Origin: an uncultured Erysipelotrichaceae bacterium
GTDB lineage: Bacteria > Bacillota_I > Bacilli_A > Erysipelotrichales > Coprobacillaceae
Assembly (NCBI GenBank): GCA_958421935.1
Contig: CATZMX010000001.1
Coordinates: forward strand, 8,024-72,023
Length of the DNA stretch: 64,000 nucleotides
Reading direction: 5' to 3'
Shown here piece by piece: positions 9,350 to 17,718 of the stretch; position 1 is the first letter of the stretch, and every line of letters starts with the position of its first letter. The position numbers and the translations under genes are program-made. The notes beneath the pieces were generated by a model that saw only the letters and a list, made by a program, of their open reading frames with translations, did no database searches and was not told the origin of the DNA.

Positions 9350-10309
9350 ATGTTAAAAAGAAAATTAGGACAAGGTTTAGAAGTATCAAGTTTAGGCCTT
9401 GGTTGTATGACCATGGTTGGTAAAGATAGAAAAGAAATGATTCATTTATTAAGAGAAGCTGTTCAATTAGGTGTCAATTTTTTTGATACAGCAGAAATCT
9501 ATGGACCTTATTTAGATGAAGAACTTGTTGGAGAAGCATTAGCTCCTGTAAGAAATCAAGTCATTATTGCAACTAAATGTGGCTTAAGAATGGAAAATGG
9601 TAAACAAGTTGTTGATGGAAATCTTGAAGGAATCAAGAAATCTTTAGAAGGTTCTCTTAAAAGATTAAAAACGGATTATATTGATTTATATTATTTACAT
9701 CGTGTGGATCCTAATGTACCCATTGAAGATATTGCATATTTAATGAAAGATTTTATTAAGCAAGGGAAAATCAAACATTGGGGATTATCAGAAGCAGGAA
9801 TTGAAACAATCAAAAAAGCCCATGCAATATGTCCTTTAACAGCCGTAGAAAGTGAATATTCAATGATGTGGAGAGAACCAGAAAACAAGCTTATTCCTTT
9901 ACTTGAAGAACTAGGAATTGGTTTTGTACCTTTTGCTCCATTGTGTAAAGGATTTTTAAGTGATGCTTATGATAAAAATGGTTTTCATGCAAAGTTAAAT
10001 GCACCAAGATTTAGCGAAGAAGCACTTAAAAAGAATCAGGTCGTGGTTGATCTTGTAAATAAGATTGCAAAAGAAAAAAAGGCGACAGTGGCACAAATAT
10101 CTTTGGCTTGGGTATTAGCACAAAAAGATTTTATTGTACCTATTCCAGGAACAACAAAGTTAGAAAGATTAAAAGAAAATATAAAAGCAACTGAAATCAA
10201 ATTTACAAAAGCAGAAGTTGAATCAATGAATCAAGCATTATCTCAAATGGATATCGAAAGTAGAAGATTTGAACCAGGTTCTGATTTTGAAAAAAGAGTT
10301 GGTTTATAA
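9350..10309 (+). CDS. Aldo/keto reductase (Tas/YajO-like)
   Basis: MLKRKLGQGLEVSSLGLGCMTMVG...NFFDTAEIYGPY...YYLHRVD is the AKR signature. 319 aa. Confidence 0.85.
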   Translation: MLKRKLGQGLEVSSLGLGCMTMVGKDRKEMIHLLREAVQLGVNFFDTAEIYGPYLDEELVGEALAPVRNQVIIATKCGLRMENGKQVVDGNLEGIKKSLEGSLKRLKTDYIDLYYLHRVDPNVPIEDIAYLMKDFIKQGKIKHWGLSEAGIETIKKAHAICPLTAVESEYSMMWREPENKLIPLLEELGIGFVPFAPLCKGFLSDAYDKNGFHAKLNAPRFSEEALKKNQVVVDLVNKIAKEKKATVAQISLAWVLAQKDFIVPIPGTTKLERLKENIKATEIKFTKAEVESMNQALSQMDIESRRFEPGSDFEKRVGL

Positions 10310-10333
10310 AGGCGAGACATTCTCGCTTTTTTG
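10310..10333 (+). terminator. Rho-independent terminator
   Basis: gcgaga-cat-tctcgc hairpin followed by T6. Confidence 0.7.
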
Positions 10334-10431
10334 TTATGAAAAAAATTTAATGGATTGATAAATTTGTAAAAAAATGTCGATTATATCTAAAAAATGTGTA
10401 ATACTGAAAGAAGTGAGGAAAGGAGAATAAG

Positions 10432-10974
10432 GTGAAAGATATTTATTTATTACTAACAAAATCGGATACATTTATTTCTAAAGCTATTTATTTAATGACA
10501 CAGGACAGTTATACACATATTTCTATCTCTTTTGAAGAAAATTTACAACCGATGTATAGTTGTGCTAGAAAATATACTTATTCTCCAATTCCTGCAGGAA
10601 TTAGAAATGAGTCATTTGAAAAGGGATTCTATAATAAAAATCAACATATTCCTTGTGCATTATATAAACTTACTGTTAAGAAAGAGATATATTATAAGGC
10701 AAAATTTATTTTAGAATCTATTTTAAATCATTCTCAAGATTATAAATATAATTTAATGGGATTGATCTTATGTAAATTGGAAGTTCCTTATCGCAGAAAT
10801 CATTATTATTTCTGTTCAGAATTTGTAAGTGAAATCTTGGCTTATAGTCAAGCTATAGAATTACCGAAGCTTCCTTGTTTAATGAAACCATCGGATTATT
10901 TATTATTTGAAGAATTAGAGTGTTTATATCAAGGAAATATTGGAGAACTTATAAAATATAGAGGCTTATGTTAA
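10432..10974 (+). CDS. Permuted papain-like (C92, YiiX/YaeF-type) putative amidase
   Basis: KDIYLLLTKSDTFISKAIYLMTQDSYTHISISF places His first. The Cys comes later in NHYYFCSEFVSEILAYS, giving the permuted NlpC/P60-like catalytic order. GTG start after an AAGGAGAA RBS. Confidence 0.5.
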   Translation: MKDIYLLLTKSDTFISKAIYLMTQDSYTHISISFEENLQPMYSCARKYTYSPIPAGIRNESFEKGFYNKNQHIPCALYKLTVKKEIYYKAKFILESILNHSQDYKYNLMGLILCKLEVPYRRNHYYFCSEFVSEILAYSQAIELPKLPCLMKPSDYLLFEELECLYQGNIGELIKYRGLC

Positions 10975-11057
10975 AGGATGATACATCCTTTTTATTATAT
11001 CAATAGAATCTATAAAGAATTGTTGTATAATAGGAAAATATGAAAAGAGGAATTGAA

Positions 11058-11612
11058 ATGAATTATGCAGAAATTAAGAATTTTGATATCGCTAATGGCT
11101 TAGGAGTTAGAGTTTCTTTATTTGTATCAGGATGCACGCATCATTGTAAGAATTGCTTTAATCAAATGACATGGGATTTTAAATATGGAAAAGAGTTTAA
11201 TCAAGAAGTAGAAGATTTAATTATTGATTATTTAAAGCCAGAACATATAACAGGATTGTCTTTACTTGGAGGAGAACCAATGGAACCAAGTAATCAAAGA
11301 GCGTTATTACCGTTTATTAAAAGAGTGAAAGAACTTTATCCACAAAAGGATATTTGGTGTTATACAGGTTATCTCTTTGATCAAGAACTTTTAAGTGAAA
11401 GTCGTGCAAGATGCGAAGTAACTGATGAGTTGTTATCTTATATCGATGTTCTAGTAGATGGTAAGTTTGTAGAGGAACTAAAAGATTTAAGTTTAAAGTT
11501 TAGAGGATCATCAAATCAAAGGATTATAGATGTAAAAGAAAGCTTAGAAAAAAAAGAAATTATTTTATATAAAGATTTGAATGAAAATAGAAATTTTCAA
11601 AAATATGAATAA
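11058..11612 (+). CDS. nrdG: Anaerobic ribonucleotide reductase activating protein (radical SAM)
   Basis: MNYAEIKNFDIANGLGVRVSLFVSGCTHHCKNCFNQMTWDF...LLGGEPMEP: NrdG-type Cys cluster and GGEP motif. Confidence 0.85.
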   Translation: MNYAEIKNFDIANGLGVRVSLFVSGCTHHCKNCFNQMTWDFKYGKEFNQEVEDLIIDYLKPEHITGLSLLGGEPMEPSNQRALLPFIKRVKELYPQKDIWCYTGYLFDQELLSESRARCEVTDELLSYIDVLVDGKFVEELKDLSLKFRGSSNQRIIDVKESLEKKEIILYKDLNENRNFQKYE

Positions 11613-11682
11613 GACGATATACACTACATAATTAGATAAAATTATGCTATAATATTTTCGTTAATTATAGAGGGAGTAGAAT

Positions 11683-12297
11683 ATGATAGGATTTTATAGT
11701 TATACTGTCATTCTTACATATTTATCATTAGTTTTTGCAATGGTAGGAATCCACTTATCAGTCATTGGACTTTATCAATGGTCATTCATTTGTTTAATGA
11801 TGTGTGGTATTTGTGATACCTTCGATGGAATGGTCGCAAGAAGTAAGAAAAATCGTACAGAAGAAGAAAAGAAGTTTGGGATTCAAATAGATTCTTTATG
11901 TGATCTTATTTCTTTTGGTGTTTTTCCAGCAATACTAGGATATAATTTAGGATTATCTTCAGTAGGATGGCTTGCTATTGAAATACTTTATGTATTAGCA
12001 GCAGTTATTCGTTTAGCTTATTTTAATGTTACTGAAGAAACAAGACAGCAACAAACAACAGAAAAAAGAAAGTATTATCAAGGTTTACCAGTTACAACTT
12101 CAGCCTTTATTTTACCTTTTGCATTTGCTTTAAGATATGTTATTTTTGGTTTAGATTACTTATATGGAACTTTAATGTTAATTACAGGTATTTTATTTGT
12201 TGTTGATTTTAAAGTACCAAAATTAAAAGGGAAAGGAATTATTGCACTAGGTTTTTTAGTTGTTATTGAACTTGTGCAAATTCTTTGTTTTTCATGA
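11683..12297 (+). CDS. pssA: CDP-alcohol phosphatidyltransferase (phosphatidylserine synthase type)
   Basis: CDP-OH_P_transf motif DTFDGMVARSKK...GIQIDSLCDLISFG. Membrane protein. Overlaps psd. Confidence 0.75.
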   Translation: MIGFYSYTVILTYLSLVFAMVGIHLSVIGLYQWSFICLMMCGICDTFDGMVARSKKNRTEEEKKFGIQIDSLCDLISFGVFPAILGYNLGLSSVGWLAIEILYVLAAVIRLAYFNVTEETRQQQTTEKRKYYQGLPVTTSAFILPFAFALRYVIFGLDYLYGTLMLITGILFVVDFKVPKLKGKGIIALGFLVVIELVQILCFS

Positions 12298-13154
12298 TTA
12301 AAGATCGTCAAGGACATATCGTTAAAGAATTAGAAGGGCAAAATCAATTATTAAAAAAATTATATAGCACATCTGCTGGTAGATGTGCTTTAAAAATCTT
12401 AGTATCACCATTTGTTACACATTTAGGTGGTTTATATATGTCTTCACCACTTTCAAAGACAAGTATTTCTTCGTTTATTAAAAATAATGATATTGATATG
12501 AGTCAATATGAAGAAAAGAAATATAAAAGTTATAACGATTTCTTTACAAGAAGAATAAAAGATGGTAAAAGACCATTTGATGTTTCTAAAGATGTATTGA
12601 TGGCACCTGCTGATAGTAAACTTACCTATTATCCAATTCATGATGATACGATTTTAGAAATTAAAGATACAAAATACCAATTAAAAGATTTATTACAAGA
12701 TGAAACTTTAGCTAAAGAATATGATGGTGGAATGTGCCTTGTATTTCGTTTAGCTGTTGATGATTATCATCATTATAGTTATGTAGATGATGGTCAAATT
12801 GTTTCACATAAGAAAATAAAAGGTATTTTTCATACTGTTAATCCTATCGCAAATGATTATTACCCTATATACAAAATGAATAGTAGAGAGTACACTGTGA
12901 TTGATTCAAATAACTTTGGTAGAATGATTCAAATGGAAGTCGGAGCGATGATGGTTGGTAAAATTGTCAATTATAAACATACTATCGCGACAAAAGGAGA
13001 AGAAAAGGGTTATTTTGAATTCGGAGGGTCAACAGTTGTATTGATTTTGAAAAAAGATACTGTCAAAATAGATGATGATATTATCAAGAATTCTAGTGAG
13101 AATGTGGAAACAAGAGTATTACTAGGACAAACGATAGGACATAAAGGGGTGTAA
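12294..13154 (+). CDS. psd: Phosphatidylserine decarboxylase proenzyme
   Basis: PSD motifs (YNDFFTRRI, MAPADSKL) and the pyruvoyl-forming FGGSTVV (LGST-type) site. Confidence 0.85.
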   Translation: MIKDRQGHIVKELEGQNQLLKKLYSTSAGRCALKILVSPFVTHLGGLYMSSPLSKTSISSFIKNNDIDMSQYEEKKYKSYNDFFTRRIKDGKRPFDVSKDVLMAPADSKLTYYPIHDDTILEIKDTKYQLKDLLQDETLAKEYDGGMCLVFRLAVDDYHHYSYVDDGQIVSHKKIKGIFHTVNPIANDYYPIYKMNSREYTVIDSNNFGRMIQMEVGAMMVGKIVNYKHTIATKGEEKGYFEFGGSTVVLILKKDTVKIDDDIIKNSSENVETRVLLGQTIGHKGV

Positions 13155-13156
13155 AG

Positions 13157-13924
13157 ATGTCGAAGGTTATAGCAATTACAAATCAAAAGGGTGGCGTTGG
13201 TAAAACAACGACAAGTGTTAATTTGTCAGCGGCACTAGCTAAGATGAATTATAAAGTTTTGCTTATAGATATGGATCCTCAAGCAAATGCAACACAAGGT
13301 ATTGGTATCGATAGAGATTATATTGAATTATCAACATATCATGTTTTAACAGGAGAAGTTGGTTTAGAAAAAGTAATTCAACATTCTTATATTGAAAACC
13401 TAGATGTTGCACCAGGAGAAATAGATTTAGCAGGGATAGATTTAGAATTAGCACATGTAAAACAAGGAAGAGAAGTGCGTTTAAAACAATCATTAGATAA
13501 AATTAAAGATTATTATGACTTTGTTTTTATTGATTGTCCACCAGCCCTTGGTTTATTAAATACAAATGCATTAACTTCATGTGATACAGTACTTATCCCA
13601 GTACAATGTGAATACTATGCACTTGAAGGTTTAACACAACTGTTAAATACAATTAAATTAACACAAAATCATTTTAATAAAAAACTTTCTATTGAAGGTT
13701 TATTATTAACAATGTTAGATCAACGTACAAATTTAGGATTGGAAGTTTCTCAAGAAGTAAGAAAGTATTTTAAAGAAAAAGTTTATAAAACTGTTATTCC
13801 AAGAAATATTAAATTATCTGAGGCACCAAGTGCAGGAATCTGTATTTTTGATTATGATGGATCTTCTGTTGGTGCTCAAGCTTATAAAGAACTTGCAAAG
13901 GAAGTGTTGAGTAGAAATGGCTGA
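13157..13924 (+). CDS. parA: ParA/Soj chromosome-partitioning ATPase
   Basis: Deviant Walker A KGGVGKTTTSVNL. Starts 3 nt after the psd stop. Confidence 0.9.
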   Translation: MSKVIAITNQKGGVGKTTTSVNLSAALAKMNYKVLLIDMDPQANATQGIGIDRDYIELSTYHVLTGEVGLEKVIQHSYIENLDVAPGEIDLAGIDLELAHVKQGREVRLKQSLDKIKDYYDFVFIDCPPALGLLNTNALTSCDTVLIPVQCEYYALEGLTQLLNTIKLTQNHFNKKLSIEGLLLTMLDQRTNLGLEVSQEVRKYFKEKVYKTVIPRNIKLSEAPSAGICIFDYDGSSVGAQAYKELAKEVLSRNG

Positions 13925-14789
13925 GAAAAAGAAAAAATTAAATAAAGGATTAGATGCTATTTTTGGTGGAGATATTACATCATTAATTGATGATATTGAA
14001 CATAATACACCTGAAAGTAGTCAAGAAAAAATCAAATTAGATGAAATTAGACCTAATCCTTATCAACCAAGAAAAGTATTTGCTGAACAAGCTTTAAATG
14101 AACTTGCTTTATCAATTCAAGAACATGGTATTTTCCAACCAGTTATTTTAAAGAAATCTGTTCAAGGATATGAAATTGTTGCTGGTGAAAGAAGATGTCG
14201 TGCAGCTAGAATGGCACATTTAGAAGAAGTTCCAGCAATTATTGTTGATTTTAGTGATCAACAAATGATGGAAATTGCTTTATTAGAAAATATTCAAAGA
14301 GAAGATTTAAATGCCATCGAAGAAGCACAAGCTTATCAAACGATGATGGAAAAGCTTAAACTTACACAAAATGAGTTAGCTAAACGTATTGGAAAATCAA
14401 GAACACATATTACAAATACACTTAGATTATTGAACTTACCTGAAAAGATTCAAGAATATGTATTAGATGGTTCTTTATCAATGGGACATGCAAGAGCTTT
14501 AATTACATTGGATAAAGAAAGAGCATTAAAGATTGCTAAAAGAGTAATTGATGAAAAATTATCTGTTAGAGATGTTGAAAATATTGTAAAAGGTTTTGAA
14601 CTTCAAGAAGCTAGAAAGAATAAACCTAAGGTTGAAAAACCTAAAGAATATCAATATGTTGAAGGATTACTTAGAAAAAAATATCGTACGAGAATCAAAG
14701 TAGATGATAAGTCTATTACAATTAAATACTCTGACACAGATGATTTAAATAGATTATTAGAATTAATGGGTGTTATTGAAGAAAGCTAG
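13917..14789 (+). CDS. parB: ParB/Spo0J partition protein
   Basis: ParB box (RPNPYQPRK, VAGERRCRAA) plus HTH. Overlaps parA by 8 nt. Confidence 0.9.
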   Translation: MAEKKKKLNKGLDAIFGGDITSLIDDIEHNTPESSQEKIKLDEIRPNPYQPRKVFAEQALNELALSIQEHGIFQPVILKKSVQGYEIVAGERRCRAARMAHLEEVPAIIVDFSDQQMMEIALLENIQREDLNAIEEAQAYQTMMEKLKLTQNELAKRIGKSRTHITNTLRLLNLPEKIQEYVLDGSLSMGHARALITLDKERALKIAKRVIDEKLSVRDVENIVKGFELQEARKNKPKVEKPKEYQYVEGLLRKKYRTRIKVDDKSITIKYSDTDDLNRLLELMGVIEES

Positions 14790-14791
14790 AA

Positions 14792-14814
14792 GTCGTAAGA
14801 CTTCTTTTTTTGTG
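14792..14814 (+). terminator. Rho-independent terminator after parB
   Basis: gaagtc-gtaa-gacttc hairpin followed by T7. Confidence 0.75.
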
Positions 14815-14889
14815 ACAAAGTATGAAACATGTAATAGAGCGGTGGTAAACGCTATCAAATATAAAATAAGCATTATATACTGTAAGTAG

Positions 14890-15005
14890 ATAAAATATTT
14901 AGCAAAACTATTGAAAAATAGTGACGCAAAGCTACAGAGCTGAACCATAGAGAAGCTGGCTGAGTTGCAATGATTTAGGGCACAGCTTTTCTATGGTTTT
15001 TTATT
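14890..15005 (+). ncRNA. Candidate c-di-GMP-I (GEMM) riboswitch with an overlapping intrinsic terminator hairpin
   Basis: 14901-14940 reads AGCAAAAC-UAUU-GAAA-AAUA-GUGACGCAAAGCUACAG. This mirrors the GEMM-I core: GGCAAAC, a P1 hairpin with a GNRA loop, then GACGCAAAGC. Downstream, an imperfect 16-bp hairpin (14943-14958 against 14983-14998) is followed by a T-run (14997-15004) just before the RBS of the 15022 gene. Confidence 0.7.
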
Positions 15006-15021
15006 TAGGGAGGAAGAAAAA

Positions 15022-17604
15022 ATGTTAAAAAAAGTTTTAGCTTATGTGATTGCTTTAGTGATGGTTGTTTCGTATTTTATAGGTAGTGTTTCAGCAAAGA
15101 GTGAAGATTATATGACATTACCAGTTCAGCTGTATGATTATGATGCAGATGGTTTATTTTATGAATATGCTCTTTATAAAGGCATGGATACTTTTGGATT
15201 GGGCGAATCTAATAATGAAGGAATGACACAAGGTTTAGTCGCAAGTAAACTAGGAGATGATGGACTTCCAGTTTATACAAAAAGTGCTGTTGAAAATGCA
15301 GCAAAAACAATTCAAGAAAATTTAGTTTCAGGGAAAAATGATGAATCTCTTACTAGATATTCAATATTTAATACATTTGCAACTTATAAACAAGCCCAAG
15401 GAAGTACCTATACAAAAGATGACGTACTAGGAAATGAACAAAATTATTTCTATGATCGTTGGAATTTAGAAAATATTCAAGCTTCTAAAACAAATGGTAT
15501 TCTTCATTCTGGAGTGGGTACGGTTTGGCAACAAGATACAGATGGTGTTGTTAATTATGGTGTAAAAGATCATCTTAAAAAAACAATAGATGTAGAAGCA
15601 AATGCAGAATATAAATTTGATTGTTGGAGAGATGGTGGAGAACATGCTCTTAAATACCAAATTAAAGATAGTAATGGAAATGTTTTAGATGATAATGGAA
15701 GTAATATAACATTTACGGCAACAACTTCAAAAGTTATATTAGACATTTATAAAGATGATGATTATCAAGGAAGATTAAAATTCTCAATTCCAAAACTTAC
15801 AAAAGAAGGTGTAACATCTAAAAATTATTTGGGTGATAATCGAGAAGGTAGTAACTTTATTAAAGAAGGTTGGACATCAGAAAAATACCAAGATAATTCC
15901 TATATCGATAAGGATAATGGTGAAATTATTCATGGTGATAATTATTGGAAACAAGATGGAGATGGTGTTGTTTGTTTAAAGGATTCATCTATCGTTTTGA
16001 ATACAGATATTCCAACAGATCAAAATATCAAATTAACTTATTATTTAGGATATGGTTATAATGCTGACGGCATGACAATAGATCTTTTAGATTCTAATAA
16101 TAAAGTTTTAGTAGAAAAATTAAAATTAGAAGATAAAGAAGGTGGAGAATATACTTTAACTACATTTGTTCCTCAAGGTACTGGAACAGTAAAAGTAAGA
16201 ATTAATGGTAAAGAAAATTCTAGAATTGCTGCGATGACAATTACTCCTCTTGGACAAGTATTGCCATTAGGTGATTATAATGATACTGTTTTAAAATATA
16301 AAAATAATCAATTAAAAACAGTAGAAGATTGTTCAAGTTGTATGGATTATGCTTATTTAAGATTAAAAAACTTCTATAATACAGATTTCTATCTTAATAA
16401 AAAATCTAATAAATATAATCAAATGGTATTAAGAAAAATTGTAGAAGATAATACAAATAAATATTATTTTGATTCTAGTAAAACAACAACTTATGATGAA
16501 ACAAATAAATCATTCTATAATAATGAAGATGAAGGTATTTCAACAGGATTCTTCCCTTTAGATTATATGGATGGTGAAAAAATGAGTGATCAAAATGGTG
16601 ATGATGCACAAGATCATAATTATCATTTTGCTATGAAAGTTGATGGTGATTTTATTTATAAAAAAGGATCAAATCAATTCTTTGACTTTACTGGAGATGA
16701 TGATGTTTATGTTTTCATCAACGGTCAATTAGCAGTAGATTTAGGTGGAGCACATAAAGAATTATCTACAAGTTTAGATATTGAAAAATATGCAAGTGAA
16801 AATGGAATAAAAAATGGTGAAAAATGTCATTTCCAAATGTTCTATTTAGAAAGACATACAACAACTAGTAACTGTAAAATTCAAATAAATTTAAAAATTG
16901 GAAATCATGTGGAATATAAATTTGAAAGTGGAACTGAATGTAAAACACCTCCACAAGATATTTTAGATTTAGTACCAGTAGATGAAAATGAATATTTTGA
17001 AGGTGATGTTGTTCAAATTGCTGATCAAAATAAAACTTTTGAAAATTATGTAGATTTAGAAAATAAAGGTGTATGGAAATTTGTAGGATGGGATAAAGAA
17101 AATCAAGTAATGACAACTGAAGATATTCAATTTGTAGGTACATGGATTTTTATTCCTGATAATTTCAAAGTTAAATATGAATTTGTAAGTGGTACAAAAG
17201 GTAAAGAATTACCACAAGAAATTTTAGATATGTTACCAAATGATCTTGAACATTTAACAAGAAATCAAATTATTGAAGTTGAAAATAATTTTAAGAAAGA
17301 AATTAAAGTAAAAGATGGTGTATGGAAATTTAAATCATGGGATAAAGATTCAGTAACGATTGAAGATAAAGATGAATTCTTCAAAGGTGTTTGGGAATTT
17401 ACAGCTAATGAAGAACCTACACAAAATGTTCAAAAACCTGAAAATAATCAAAAAGGCAATACAAACAAAACACAAAATATTACAAAACAAACGAAAACAT
17501 CAAAAGTAAAAACAGGAGATGATACAGCACTCTTCATGTATAGTTTAATGTTATTAGTAGCACTTTTAGGATTTATGCTTGTATTAAGAAAGAAAGTAAG
17601 ATAA
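15022..17604 (+). CDS. Secreted cell-surface adhesin-like protein
   Basis: Signal peptide MLKKVLAYVIALVMVVSYFIGSVSA. Fibro-slime/PA14-like motif FDFTGDDDVYVFINGQLAVDLGGAH. Two SHIRT-like repeats of about 85 aa at roughly nt 16900-17410 (YKFESGT...GVWKFVGWDKEN...GTW and YEFVSGTKGKELP...GVWKFKSWDKD...GVWEF). C-terminus ends TSKVKTGDDTALFMYSLMLLVALLGFMLVLRKKVR: an xxTG motif, a hydrophobic stretch and a basic tail. Confidence 0.7.
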   Translation: MLKKVLAYVIALVMVVSYFIGSVSAKSEDYMTLPVQLYDYDADGLFYEYALYKGMDTFGLGESNNEGMTQGLVASKLGDDGLPVYTKSAVENAAKTIQENLVSGKNDESLTRYSIFNTFATYKQAQGSTYTKDDVLGNEQNYFYDRWNLENIQASKTNGILHSGVGTVWQQDTDGVVNYGVKDHLKKTIDVEANAEYKFDCWRDGGEHALKYQIKDSNGNVLDDNGSNITFTATTSKVILDIYKDDDYQGRLKFSIPKLTKEGVTSKNYLGDNREGSNFIKEGWTSEKYQDNSYIDKDNGEIIHGDNYWKQDGDGVVCLKDSSIVLNTDIPTDQNIKLTYYLGYGYNADGMTIDLLDSNNKVLVEKLKLEDKEGGEYTLTTFVPQGTGTVKVRINGKENSRIAAMTITPLGQVLPLGDYNDTVLKYKNNQLKTVEDCSSCMDYAYLRLKNFYNTDFYLNKKSNKYNQMVLRKIVEDNTNKYYFDSSKTTTYDETNKSFYNNEDEGISTGFFPLDYMDGEKMSDQNGDDAQDHNYHFAMKVDGDFIYKKGSNQFFDFTGDDDVYVFINGQLAVDLGGAHKELSTSLDIEKYASENGIKNGEKCHFQMFYLERHTTTSNCKIQINLKIGNHVEYKFESGTECKTPPQDILDLVPVDENEYFEGDVVQIADQNKTFENYVDLENKGVWKFVGWDKENQVMTTEDIQFVGTWIFIPDNFKVKYEFVSGTKGKELPQEILDMLPNDLEHLTRNQIIEVENNFKKEIKVKDGVWKFKSWDKDSVTIEDKDEFFKGVWEFTANEEPTQNVQKPENNQKGNTNKTQNITKQTKTSKVKTGDDTALFMYSLMLLVALLGFMLVLRKKVR

Positions 17605-17628
17605 GGACTTGTTAATAAGTCCTTTTTC
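17605..17628 (+). terminator. Rho-independent terminator
   Basis: aggactt-gttaat-aagtcct hairpin followed by a T-run. Confidence 0.75.
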
Positions 17629-17718
17629 TATGCGATAAAGTTATAGCAGATTGCAAAATTGATATTGTACATCTGAGCTTTTTTATTTCAAAATATAAGT
17701 AAGAAAAGAGGAAATATT

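Noticed and set aside
13917-14789. parS site expected within or near parB
   Set aside because: I could not find a TGTTNCACGTGAAACA-like 16-mer anywhere in the window by eye. The few CACGTG occurrences (for example 38601, 43197) lack the flanking half-sites. It may lie outside the window, or I may have missed a degenerate copy.
14763-14948. 61-aa minus-strand ORF in the supplied track
   Set aside because: It lies entirely within the parB terminator and putative riboswitch region, has no RBS, and overlaps strongly structured RNA. Most likely a chance ORF in AT-rich DNA.
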